64,000 bases of DNA, taken from assembly GCA_041483895.1 (NCBI GenBank), contig JBGPGO010000001.1:297638-361637 (forward strand), given 5' to 3'. Each line of letters starts with the position of its first letter. Positions within the stretch are counted from its first letter, which is position 1. The notes beneath the pieces were generated by a model. It saw only the letters and a program-made list of their open reading frames with translations. It had not been told where the DNA came from and did not search any database. Made by a program: the position numbers and the translations under genes. The DNA is from Fimbriimonadia bacterium (GTDB taxonomy: Bacteria; Armatimonadota; Fimbriimonadia; Fimbriimonadales; JABRVX01). Of this stretch, positions 35,093 through 46,571 are shown one piece after another.

Positions 35093-35838
35093 GGGAAGCG
35101 ACGTTACGGGTGTTTCGTGGCGATAAAGGCGGCGGCAGTGAGGTCGAATACCACGTGCCGATTGAAGAGGGCTGGGTTGTGCTCGACGCCATCCATCATA
35201 TCCAGGCCGAAATGGACGGGACGCTTGCCTGCCGGTGGAATTGCAAGGCGGCGAAGTGCGGTTCTTGCAGCGCGGAAATCAACGGGAAGCCGGCACTGTT
35301 GTGCAAAACCCGCATTGACGCTCTGCCGCAGGGCAGGCCGATTGTGGTCTATCCGATCCGAACTTTCCCACTGATCCGCGACCTGGTAACGGACGTTTCC
35401 TGGAATTATGAGGTCGCCAAGAGAATCAAGCCGTTCCAATACGACCCGGCAATCGGCGACAAGCCGTTTGTCATGTATCAGAACGATTTGGGCCGGCCGC
35501 GCGAATTCCGCAAGTGCATCGAGTGCTTCCTATGTCAAAACGTGTGCCACGTGCTGCGGGACCATGGCGCCAAATCCCAATATTTTGGCCCGCGCCACAT
35601 GATCCGTCTTGCCGGGTTGGAAATGCACCCCATGGACGTCGAGGATCGCACGGAGATGATCTGGAAAGAGGGCGGCGTCGGGTTCTGCAACATCACGAAA
35701 TGTTGCGAGGAGGTCTGCCCGGAGCATATCCATCTCACCGACAACGCGATCATCCCTCTCAAGGAGCGCGTGATTGATTCGGTGGGCATGCTGAGAGTCA
35801 TCAAAGGGTGGGTTAGAGGCAAGACCGACAGCGAATAG
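35089..35838 (+). CDS. sdhB: succinate dehydrogenase/fumarate reductase iron-sulfur subunit
   Basis: 249 aa with Cys clusters CRWNCKAAKCGSC, CIECFLCQNVC and CNITKCCEEVCP. ATGA overlap with sdhA. Confidence 0.9.
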   Translation: MREATLRVFRGDKGGGSEVEYHVPIEEGWVVLDAIHHIQAEMDGTLACRWNCKAAKCGSCSAEINGKPALLCKTRIDALPQGRPIVVYPIRTFPLIRDLVTDVSWNYEVAKRIKPFQYDPAIGDKPFVMYQNDLGRPREFRKCIECFLCQNVCHVLRDHGAKSQYFGPRHMIRLAGLEMHPMDVEDRTEMIWKEGGVGFCNITKCCEEVCPEHIHLTDNAIIPLKERVIDSVGMLRVIKGWVRGKTDSE

Positions 35839-35936
35839 TTCGCTTCGTACTGCGGTAAATACTGGGGCTACCCAGCGCAATTAGCGATACTTTTCAGTTA
35901 ATTGTGAGTTTTTTCGCCGATTATTCATCCGAACTG

Positions 35937-35965
35937 TTGCCGATTTCCAATATCTTTGCTAAAAT
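35937..35965 (+). promoter_or_regulatory. orphan sigma70-like promoter motif in AT-rich convergent intergenic region
   Basis: TTGCCG, a 17-nt spacer, then TAAAAT (35937..35942 and 35960..35965). No credible CDS lies downstream. A hairpin lies at 36007..36027. Confidence 0.3.
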
Positions 35966-36056
35966 GCGAGTTGAGAAAACCATCGGATCGGGGAGCGTCA
36001 GAAGGCCACGGCTGTTCTGCAGCCGTGACGTTCTCCCAACCGAATGCCGTAGCCGG

Positions 36057-36971
36057 TCACGGTGTAGGCAAGACTCGTCTCCCAAAATCATTCGAACGGG
36101 AGGCCGAGCCTTGCCTGAGCAAGCGGTCATAAAACAGATACTGGTGCGCCCAGCCGGCCAAGTTGCCGAACCGATCCCGAAAGAACCGCCCTAGCTCCGC
36201 ATAGCGCTTGTCCGTGAGCGACTTTCCTTGCCAGTCCGGGAAGTAGCGCTGGCAGCAGGCCTGCCAAAGATGCGTGTCTATCGGAACGGCTTCGTCGTGC
36301 CATAGGCCGAAGAGGCAGACGCAATCCGCCACTTTGCGGCCAACGGAAGGGAGTTCGATCAGAGCCGCATGGGCTTGCGCGTAGGGGACTTCCCTCTGAG
36401 ATTCGAGCCACCCTGGCGACCTTTGCAAGAGGGCTTTCGCGGCGGCGATGAGGGTTCGGGAGCGGTATCCGAATCCGATTCCTGCGAGGTCTTCTTCCCG
36501 CAAAGACGCGATGCGTTCCGTGGTCGGAAAAGTGTTGATGCCTTCGGCAAGCGGCTGCCCGTATAGTTGGCAGAGCCTTTCGATCATGCCTTTGATGCGA
36601 GGGATGTGGTTGTTGACGGTGCAGAGGAAGCTGAACAGGCACTCCTCGGCGCTGTGCCATCGGAGCAGGCGGAGACCGGCGTACTGCTCGATGATGGGAC
36701 CAAGCTCTGGCTCGACATCCAGCACGCGGCGTTTTATTTCGTCAAGGGAGGCATCTAGCCGGAACATCTCCCGGAGCCAATCCTCCCTGCCTTGCACTGG
36801 AAAGGTCTCATACTCGAAACCGTCAGTCGCCTTCCGCATCCGCAACACGCGCGGCCCATCAACGCCAGTCCACCACCCGTCCCGCTCTTTCCACCGAAAC
36901 ACCTGCCCGCTGGAGACACAGAGAGGGAGGTCAAAATCTGAGGGTCGGCAAGGTAGCAACCGAAGAGTCAA
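36057..36971 (-). CDS. ogg: 8-oxoguanine DNA glycosylase / AP lyase (OGG1-type HhH-GPD)
   Basis: Motifs SGQVFRW, FLCTVNNHIPRIKGMI and HhH-GPD LPSVGRKVADCVCLFGL...PIDTH. Start reassigned to TTG 36971..36969, which overlaps the upstream TGA (TTGA). The ORF-track ATG at 37070 would overlap the upstream gene by ~100 nt. Confidence 0.8.
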   Translation of the reverse strand: MTLRLLPCRPSDFDLPLCVSSGQVFRWKERDGWWTGVDGPRVLRMRKATDGFEYETFPVQGREDWLREMFRLDASLDEIKRRVLDVEPELGPIIEQYAGLRLLRWHSAEECLFSFLCTVNNHIPRIKGMIERLCQLYGQPLAEGINTFPTTERIASLREEDLAGIGFGYRSRTLIAAAKALLQRSPGWLESQREVPYAQAHAALIELPSVGRKVADCVCLFGLWHDEAVPIDTHLWQACCQRYFPDWQGKSLTDKRYAELGRFFRDRFGNLAGWAHQYLFYDRLLRQGSASRSNDFGRRVLPTP

Positions 36972-37447
36972 AAGAATTGGCCAATGTACCGCTGTCGAAA
37001 GCCACTTGCAGAAGGTTGATTGTGGGCCAACTGTGTACAATTCCACGACTCCCAAGCATCCTCTTGGCACTCTCGCGCTAACTTTCGGCCAATCGATTCT
37101 CGGTCTATTGCTAGTTCACTAGTTAGTTGTTCGCACTTGCCGACAGGACCAAGCACGATGACCCGCTCGCGTAAATGTTCCGGAACAACTTCCAAAAATC
37201 GCTCTCTCCTCTGTTCGCCCTCATTATCGAAGTCGATAACGACAATGACGATTCTTTGCGAATAGTTATCCAATTCATTGATCTGTCGCTCCAGTTGAAC
37301 TTCTGCCCTGGGCCATCCACCGGCCGGCTGCCTGATATCAAATTGATTCCTATGTGCATTTTCGATGGCGAAACCCCTAGCTATGTCTGCCAACTTGCTG
37401 TCCTCCACAATAACATGCAAATGAGGCCGAAACTTATTGATTGACAA
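36968..37447 (-). CDS. small Met-less protein with TOPRIM-like E / DxD / E motifs (candidate nuclease partner of the ATPase)
   Basis: 159 aa with a TTG start and no internal Met. Strand-plus-acidic motifs are HLHVIVEDSK, RIVIVVIDFDNEGE and RVIVLGPVGKCEQL. It lies in the low-GC tract and overlaps the ATPase gene by 14 nt. Confidence 0.6.
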   Translation of the reverse strand: MSINKFRPHLHVIVEDSKLADIARGFAIENAHRNQFDIRQPAGGWPRAEVQLERQINELDNYSQRIVIVVIDFDNEGEQRRERFLEVVPEHLRERVIVLGPVGKCEQLTSELAIDRESIGRKLARECQEDAWESWNCTQLAHNQPSASGFRQRYIGQFF

Positions 37448-38528
37448 TTGATTCCTCGCCCGATGCCAAAATGTCCACTAAGTCTTCGTGCTCTGGAAGT
37501 TCAGTGGCCAACTTCGGCGGTTGGGTCGGTTCAGAATGACTATCCCTGTGAATGACAATCGTGTTTTCGCGCGAAAACATATGTATGGCTTCTGGATTAT
37601 GGGAGGTAGCAATAAACTGCCGATTCTTGAAGGTGCGGCGGAGGCTAAGGATCAACTGGCCTACTTCGGACAGTGACAGGTAGTTATCGGGCTCATCCCA
37701 AAAACATACTGCTCCCGGCGTATTTTCCGCCCAAGCCTGGACCGTTGAAGCGATGACGAAACACTTTTCTCCGTCGGATAACTGATCAAACGGAATGGTC
37801 AGACCTATTTCTCCATTTTCAAATAGGAATTCAAGATTTCGACTAACTTTTCCCGACTTAACATTCTTCATTGATCGAATATCCGGCCAGATTTCGGACA
37901 GAAATTCCAGGATCCTAGCGCTGGAGGTTGCATTTAGTTGAGAAACGACCCGATACCACTCCGCGAAGTCCTCAAGGGATCGCTTTGGTACCAGCGTTTC
38001 GTGAATCGATTCTCCGTCTATCAGCGGCGGAATTGGTGCCATAATTAAGATGTCTGAAAGCCAATTCTTGAAAGCCGCTGCGTCGGAGCCGAGTTCAAGA
38101 ATCGGTAGCGCTAACTGATTGGTTTCCATTGGCAATGCGATGGTCCCAACATGAATCATATTGCCAGTTCGCTCGAAGAGACTCCAATCGCCTTTCCATG
38201 AAAGAGATTCGGCAGTTACCCTAAATTGGCGATTCCCCTCTTGCAGTTCAAAACTGGCCCGGTAACAGATGGGCTTCGATTCGATTTCAGTTTCAATTTC
38301 CAGAGTCAAAACCCGATCATCGCCAATTCGATTGAGATCTGATTCAGGCAAAGCATCTTCCAAGCGATGTCGTCCACTTGCCAGTGAGCGCAGTGCCAGT
38401 AATGCATCACGGACCGCCGATTTGCCGGATCCGTTGCGCCCAACAAGGAGTACCGAGTTGAAGTCCGCCAGGTTCAATTCGAAGTTGACCAGGCACCGGA
38501 AGTTGTGGACGTAGAATCGGCGAATCAT
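37434..38528 (-). CDS. soluble ABC/SMC-like AAA ATPase (AAA_21/AAA_15-like)
   Basis: 364 aa with Walker A GRNGSGKS, signature-like QLSDGEK, Walker B AVCFWDEPDNYL and H-loop ATSHNP. Markedly low GC: 20/60 at 37801..37860. Confidence 0.85.
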   Translation of the reverse strand: MIRRFYVHNFRCLVNFELNLADFNSVLLVGRNGSGKSAVRDALLALRSLASGRHRLEDALPESDLNRIGDDRVLTLEIETEIESKPICYRASFELQEGNRQFRVTAESLSWKGDWSLFERTGNMIHVGTIALPMETNQLALPILELGSDAAAFKNWLSDILIMAPIPPLIDGESIHETLVPKRSLEDFAEWYRVVSQLNATSSARILEFLSEIWPDIRSMKNVKSGKVSRNLEFLFENGEIGLTIPFDQLSDGEKCFVIASTVQAWAENTPGAVCFWDEPDNYLSLSEVGQLILSLRRTFKNRQFIATSHNPEAIHMFSRENTIVIHRDSHSEPTQPPKLATELPEHEDLVDILASGEESIVNQ

Positions 38529-38553
38529 GATGTGATCATACCGCCTATCGAAC

Positions 38554-41347
<2,794 letters not shown>

Positions 41348-41348
41348 C

Positions 41349-42320
41349 TTACTTCACTCGCTTCGTATGATTCTTGATCACCATATGAATGGTGGAAGCC
41401 GTGCCTTCATTTCCCGCTTTTGCCGCTCCGGGCAGAACCGTGTCGCTCTTCATTGTCGTCTGCGAATCGAGCACCTGCCCGGTCGCGGGATCGATCCAAA
41501 AAACCGTGCTTGAGTCCATTTTCGATTTTGCGCCGGCAAGAGGCGAACTCGATTCCCCGGCGGCTTCTTTACCGGAGATGTCCATAGTCATCGTACTTTG
41601 CACTTTCAGGGAATCTTTGCCTCCAAATTTTCCGGCGCTGATCAGCTTATATCGAACAACTATCTCCGTGGGTACGTTGGCGCCCGCCGACTTTGCCCGA
41701 TTGCCGAACAGAGTTGCGCTCGGTATCTTGGCTTCCCACGGGTCGCCGACGGCAACAGGTTTGGCAGGAAGTTGGATCGTCGCGAGCGGCGCCATAGTCA
41801 TCTGCGCCCATGCGGCTTGGGACTCGGGTCCTCCTCTGGCTAGACCATGAGCATCCAACGAAATCGTTTTGACAATCGGTTCGGTTGGGCCCTTCGGCAT
41901 CCCAGGCATCATCGGGCCGGAAGGCGGCTTGATCGTATACTCCAGCGTTACGCCGTCACGCCTGGCATCCTTAACAAGCACAGAAAACTCCGAGTTGCTG
42001 GTATTCGTGTTGCCCATTCCCGACATTGCCATTTCCGTTGACACGGTGGTGGTGTATCGGCTCTTTGCGCCCTTTTTGAGGTTCAGCCGCAGGTCCCATC
42101 TGGCCGCATTTGCGCCGGTATCTTCAGGAGCCGCCTTTGACGCGGTATCAGTTGGATTGGCTTTGGAAACAGCCGTCTCGGGGCCGGAAGATTCCGGCCC
42201 CTTCGAAACAACTGAGTCCTTGCTGCCTGTGCCCGAAGGTTTGCCCTTCCCGGCCGTCGGCCCTTGAGAACAGCCAACGATCGAGATGAGGACACAGACG
42301 AGCCAGAATGCTCGAGTCAT
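41349..42320 (-). CDS. lipoprotein, function unknown
   Basis: 323 aa with lipobox LISIVGC, followed by a low-complexity S/G/P/T linker. Confidence 0.7.
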   Translation of the reverse strand: MTRAFWLVCVLISIVGCSQGPTAGKGKPSGTGSKDSVVSKGPESSGPETAVSKANPTDTASKAAPEDTGANAARWDLRLNLKKGAKSRYTTTVSTEMAMSGMGNTNTSNSEFSVLVKDARRDGVTLEYTIKPPSGPMMPGMPKGPTEPIVKTISLDAHGLARGGPESQAAWAQMTMAPLATIQLPAKPVAVGDPWEAKIPSATLFGNRAKSAGANVPTEIVVRYKLISAGKFGGKDSLKVQSTMTMDISGKEAAGESSSPLAGAKSKMDSSTVFWIDPATGQVLDSQTTMKSDTVLPGAAKAGNEGTASTIHMVIKNHTKRVK

Positions 42321-42326
42321 ACGTGT

Positions 42327-43283
42327 CTAACCGCCCGTTTTGGCAGGCTCTGCCGTCGCCTTTTCGTCCGTAACCTGCTCGAGCAAAATCTTGCTCTTCG
42401 ACGCCATCTTCATTTCCATGTCACCGGCGGGAGTGCCGCCGATGCTCATGTTCGTCATCGAATCCAGGTCCTGTTTCATGTTGAGGACAAAACAGGTTCC
42501 GCGATCGAGATAGGCGGTCGCCTTGATCGTGGTCTTGCCCTTCATCTTCATGGTCATGCCTTCTGCCCCAGGCTGTTCCGCAAACATCTGGCCCATATCC
42601 ATATCCATCGGAACGTCGTAGGTGAGCTCCAGTTTGTAGGCCGGAATGCCCTTGTAGGTCTCGAGTCCAACAAGGGTAGCCTTCACCTTCGCCTTTGGCA
42701 TCTTGAGTTTCGCCTTCGCGCTCGCAATCATTGCGGATCCGGGATAATCGACCGTCGAATCCCACGTTCCGCCCACAGCGATGGGATCCGTGGGAAAGGC
42801 CGGCATCATCGAGAGCAGGCTAAAGGCGGTACCACCGCCTCCCATGCTCATCTGGCGCATTCCTTCCGGTATCCCTTCGACACTTGTGTCCAGTGTCTCG
42901 CCACGGCTATTGACGTGACTGGTGAGCGTCATTTTCTCAATACCATCCGCCATAGCCTCCGCCTGCGAGCCTACGTCCATTCCGTTGACGTCCATGGAGA
43001 ACTTCATATCTTTGAAACTGGATATGATGGTCGCAACGCCGTCTTTGACGCCGGTGACCTTGTGCTTCATAAGCATGTTCTGGGTCATCTTCATGGGCTG
43101 CTCTTCCTCGCTGCCCATCATGCCGGTCATCGTGCCGTTCAAGTCCATATTGATCTTGTACGTAAGGATTCTCGGCAGCGGAGTTTTGTCGAATTTGTAT
43201 CGCAGCGTGTAGGTATCTTGGGCGGTCGCCGCTACCGCCAGCGCAATGCTCCATAGCAGCGCGGTGCTCGTAACTAATTTCAC
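42327..43283 (-). CDS. secreted methionine-rich protein
   Basis: Trimmed to GTG 43283 (GGGAGGA RBS 5 nt upstream; signal peptide (M)KLVTSTALLWSIALAVAATAQ). Clustered Met motifs are MTGMMGSEEEQPMKMTQNMLM, PMDMDMGQM, GMTMKMKG and GDMEMKM. Confidence 0.7.
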   Translation of the reverse strand: MKLVTSTALLWSIALAVAATAQDTYTLRYKFDKTPLPRILTYKINMDLNGTMTGMMGSEEEQPMKMTQNMLMKHKVTGVKDGVATIISSFKDMKFSMDVNGMDVGSQAEAMADGIEKMTLTSHVNSRGETLDTSVEGIPEGMRQMSMGGGGTAFSLLSMMPAFPTDPIAVGGTWDSTVDYPGSAMIASAKAKLKMPKAKVKATLVGLETYKGIPAYKLELTYDVPMDMDMGQMFAEQPGAEGMTMKMKGKTTIKATAYLDRGTCFVLNMKQDLDSMTNMSIGGTPAGDMEMKMASKSKILLEQVTDEKATAEPAKTGG

Positions 43284-43376
43284 AATATCCTCCCGACGAA
43301 GTGCCCCTTCATGAGATTCCCGGAGCCTCGCCATTGGTTACTGCAGTTTGTACCACATCGTTGCGGTCGTGAGCGC

Positions 43377-44366
43377 TTAGACCCCCGCTAAAGCGCTGAA
43401 CAGCCGACGTCGGATCGTTTGGAATCGGCCTCCATCCGGATCTGAGAATACGCGATTGGTCAGCAGCGCCATCGCCGGGCCGCATTCGTAATTGACCAGC
43501 ATCACCGTGCCGGTAAACCCAGTGTGCCCGACCACCGAGCGACCGAACACACCAGGATCGGGGAGCATTTCACTGCCGTGCGTGAAGAATCCGATGGAGC
43601 GAGGTTCCAATTCGCCGATCTGGTTCCGAAGCAGGGCATCCATAGCTCCCCGGGAGCGCAACGGCGGCGCAATCGCGCCCGGCAGCAGCGATTCCGAGTA
43701 GGAAGCAACGTCGTCCAGCGTGCCGAACAGACCGGCGTGGCCGGCAAATCCGCCCAAGGCAGCGGCGTTCGCGTCATGCGGTTCTCCCCGCAGCGTCTTC
43801 CCTTCTCGCCAAGGGCAGTTGCCGGTGACCGCGTACGATCCGCCTTGGAAGCCTAGCCCAAGCGGACGAAACACCAATTCGTTCGCAAGATTTCGCAGGG
43901 AATCACCGCCGGCCCGCTCCAAAATCACGCCGAGCAAGATGTAACCCACGTCGCTGTAAACATGCCCCATCGATGGCAGCCGCTCCAACGGGGTCTGGAG
44001 CGCCTCATGCAACAGTTCGTCCGACTGGTAGAAAGGCCGCCACGCCGGAAGGCCGCTGGTGTGGGTCGCCAAATGGAATACGGTGACACCCTTCAGGTGC
44101 CGTGCTTCCGGCAGCCAATCTCCCACGGGATCGCGCAGCGACAACTTGCCTCGCTCGCACAGCGCCAGCAACGTAGTTGAAGTACAAATCGGTTTGGTAA
44201 GCGATGCGAGATCGAACACCGTCTCCGCCCCGCATTCGACCCCGCGTTCCGGGTCCGCCTGACCTACATGCCAGACCTGGCGATCCTTTCCCGGCCATCG
44301 CAAGGAACAGGCGGCGCAGGTAAAGGCCCGCTCTTCGATCCCCGATTGCAAAATTGCTTCGATCAC
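43377..44366 (-). CDS. beta-lactamase-family serine hydrolase
   Basis: Start reassigned to GTG 44366..44364 (GTGA overlap with upstream stop). Motifs are SLTK (SxxK), YSD and HTGFTG. Confidence 0.8.
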   Translation of the reverse strand: MIEAILQSGIEERAFTCAACSLRWPGKDRQVWHVGQADPERGVECGAETVFDLASLTKPICTSTTLLALCERGKLSLRDPVGDWLPEARHLKGVTVFHLATHTSGLPAWRPFYQSDELLHEALQTPLERLPSMGHVYSDVGYILLGVILERAGGDSLRNLANELVFRPLGLGFQGGSYAVTGNCPWREGKTLRGEPHDANAAALGGFAGHAGLFGTLDDVASYSESLLPGAIAPPLRSRGAMDALLRNQIGELEPRSIGFFTHGSEMLPDPGVFGRSVVGHTGFTGTVMLVNYECGPAMALLTNRVFSDPDGGRFQTIRRRLFSALAGV

Positions 44367-45472
44367 GGCGGTCCGAGGGCCGCTACCGTGTCCTTGAGTT
44401 TTTCCAGATTCTTCAAATTCCCGCCATCGGCCGTTATCCCGCCGTACGAGAACAGGGAAAATCCGGACAGCCCGTTCGAGCGGACCGAACGTATCCGGTC
44501 GGCAATCTGTTCGGGATTGAGTCGCCATGCGCCGATACCCATCACCACTTTGGTCCTTCCGGCCGCTTTCTTCGCGGCTTCGGAGAAGGAGCGGAATTGC
44601 AGCTCATCGACCACGTAATTCATGGGAACGACCTCATCGAGGAGGCCGGCTTTGCACCAGGCCGGCCAGTCCTGCATCTTCTGGCCGACCGCAAGCTTCT
44701 GGTTCGCCCACACGGCCGCCGAGAGCTCTTTGTCCGTACCCAAATCTTTCCGAATCTCCTTCACGAGCGAAGTGATCTGTTCGCGGCGCCATTCATCCCA
44801 TTTTTGGGGATAGGCGGCAATCAGAGCGTTTGGGGCCATGTCCATTCCCATATACGCCTTGAACCTGCGGAGGCAGCAGTCGCAATAGCAAAAGGCGCTG
44901 CTGGGGTACCGGATGTAATCGAGGTGGATGCCGGCAATATCGTATTTCTTTGCAATCTCCTTCAGGACCGCCCGAAGATGCTGCCGCGCTTCCGGGTTGC
45001 TTGGGCACAGATAGGCGCCCTCGTTCTTGCCGGAAGAGAGCGGCTGGTCCCCAGATTTAGTAATGGCGATCCAATTTCGGTGCGCGATGAGGATATGCTT
45101 TGCGTCTTGCGGCAGCGTCGCCTCGTTCCAGACATACATCGTGTTCACCCAGGCATGGACCTTTATTCCAGAGGCGTTGGCCTGCTTGATCACCTCCGCC
45201 AAAGGGTCGAAATCACTGGGGGCGTCCTTCAAAGCCTCCGACCGAGGCTCCAGGGTGGAAGCATAGTAGGCGTCGCCCCGGCCCCGAACCTGAACGAACA
45301 GGGTATTGAATCCGGCTTCCGCGGCCCGCTTCACCAGGTTGTCGATTTTTTCCTTCGAAGAGAGGCTGTTGCGAACGACCCACATCGCGCGGGTCTCGTT
45401 CCGGTCGGTTTGACCTGGACCGGACGATAGGCTGAGGCCCAAGGAAATCAGGATTACGAAAGCGACCCGCAT
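44363..45472 (-). CDS. glycoside-hydrolase-like family 10 (GHL10/DUF187, YngK-like) secreted protein
   Basis: 369 aa with a signal peptide. MWVVRNSL...AGFNTLFVQVRGRGDAYY...IKVHAWVN...GIHLDYIRYP is typical of GHL10. Confidence 0.8.
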   Translation of the reverse strand: MRVAFVILISLGLSLSSGPGQTDRNETRAMWVVRNSLSSKEKIDNLVKRAAEAGFNTLFVQVRGRGDAYYASTLEPRSEALKDAPSDFDPLAEVIKQANASGIKVHAWVNTMYVWNEATLPQDAKHILIAHRNWIAITKSGDQPLSSGKNEGAYLCPSNPEARQHLRAVLKEIAKKYDIAGIHLDYIRYPSSAFCYCDCCLRRFKAYMGMDMAPNALIAAYPQKWDEWRREQITSLVKEIRKDLGTDKELSAAVWANQKLAVGQKMQDWPAWCKAGLLDEVVPMNYVVDELQFRSFSEAAKKAAGRTKVVMGIGAWRLNPEQIADRIRSVRSNGLSGFSLFSYGGITADGGNLKNLEKLKDTVAALGPP

Positions 45473-45655
45473 GTTTGCTATCCCCCTTCACCTGTCGCAC
45501 CGTTCGCGGAATTCCGACAATTTCGTATTGATAGACTTCTAGCAGTTGCTCAGGGTACCTGTTGCGGAAGCGTATCCATTGAATCGGAGGACCGTAGCGC
45601 AAATGGCTTTTTTTCAGGGGACAAATTATTCCGATGAGAGCATGAGGCGAAGAGC

Positions 45656-46534
45656 TTGACACCGCCAGTAGACCACGAAGCCTTCCGCCGGCATGTGGAG
45701 CGTTCTGTAAACGACCTGCCGGCGATGCCAACTGTTGTGTCAAAGGTTATCGAAATTGCAGACAGCCTGGACGGGTCCGCACAGGATGTTCAGAAGATCA
45801 TCGCGACGGACCAGGCGCTGACCGGCAAAGTGCTGCGCGTCGTCAATTCGGCCTATTACGGCGCGGCGGGACAGATCTCTTCGATCACACAGGGCGTCAT
45901 GGTATTGGGAATGCGGCAATTGCGGAACCTCACCCTCAGCTTGGCCGCAATGAGCCTGGTCAAGTCCCGAGCCGCCCACATGGTCGAGCACCAAGCGGCC
46001 TTTTGGCGTCATTCATTCGCTGTGGGATCCGCATCGATGATGGTCGGGAAACAGGCTCGGTTGCCGCAGTCGCGGTTGGATGACGTCTTTACCGGCGGGC
46101 TGCTGCACGATCTTGGGCGTCTGTTCTTGCTCAGCTTTTTCTATGATCTGTTCTTCGCAACGTTGCAAATGGCGGAGGAAAGGGGCTGCACCACGGAACA
46201 GGCAGAGAAAGCGCTGCTCGGCCTCGACCACACGGAAATTGGCGCAATGTTGGCCGCCCACTGGAAGTTCCCGGAGGGACTCCTGCAGATCATCCGCTAC
46301 CATCACGGGCCGATGCCACAGGGGGACTACTTTGCCAGCGTCGCTTGCGTACACCTCGCGGAAGCGCTTACCGACGAGGCAAGTGAAGGCAAGGCGTTTG
46401 CAGAGATTGCCATCCTGGATGAAGTTCGAAGCTGGGCTAAGCTGACGGAGGACGAATTCACCTTCATTCAAGTGACCGTCAGTCAGCAGATATCGGAAGC
46501 GGAAGACATGATCGGTTTGATGCACGCCGCATAG
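45656..46534 (+). CDS. HDOD domain signalling protein
   Basis: 292 aa. LPAMPTVVSKVIEI...DVQKIIATDQALTGKVLRVVNSAYYG...GLLHDLGRL... The TTG start is uncertain. Confidence 0.85.
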   Translation: MTPPVDHEAFRRHVERSVNDLPAMPTVVSKVIEIADSLDGSAQDVQKIIATDQALTGKVLRVVNSAYYGAAGQISSITQGVMVLGMRQLRNLTLSLAAMSLVKSRAAHMVEHQAAFWRHSFAVGSASMMVGKQARLPQSRLDDVFTGGLLHDLGRLFLLSFFYDLFFATLQMAEERGCTTEQAEKALLGLDHTEIGAMLAAHWKFPEGLLQIIRYHHGPMPQGDYFASVACVHLAEALTDEASEGKAFAEIAILDEVRSWAKLTEDEFTFIQVTVSQQISEAEDMIGLMHAA

Positions 46535-46571
46535 AGATCGGGTCGCCTATATTAGGATAGACTCAAGTCCG

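Noticed and set aside
35904-36194. 96-aa plus-strand ORF in the sdhB-ogg gap
   Set aside because: It has Arg/Ser/Cys-rich low-complexity content and overlaps the ogg 3' end antisense. The upstream promoter-like motif is reported separately as a possible ncRNA.
44354-45430. 358-aa plus-strand ORF, together with similar long shadows at 49396..50445, 42264..43256, 16520..17494, 19217..20164, 21778..22584, 23326..24216, 33650..34498 and 55977..56816
   Set aside because: Each lies opposite or out of frame to a gene with strong family motifs or signal peptides. Their compositions are Arg/Pro/Gly-biased as expected for non-coding frames of GC-rich genes.
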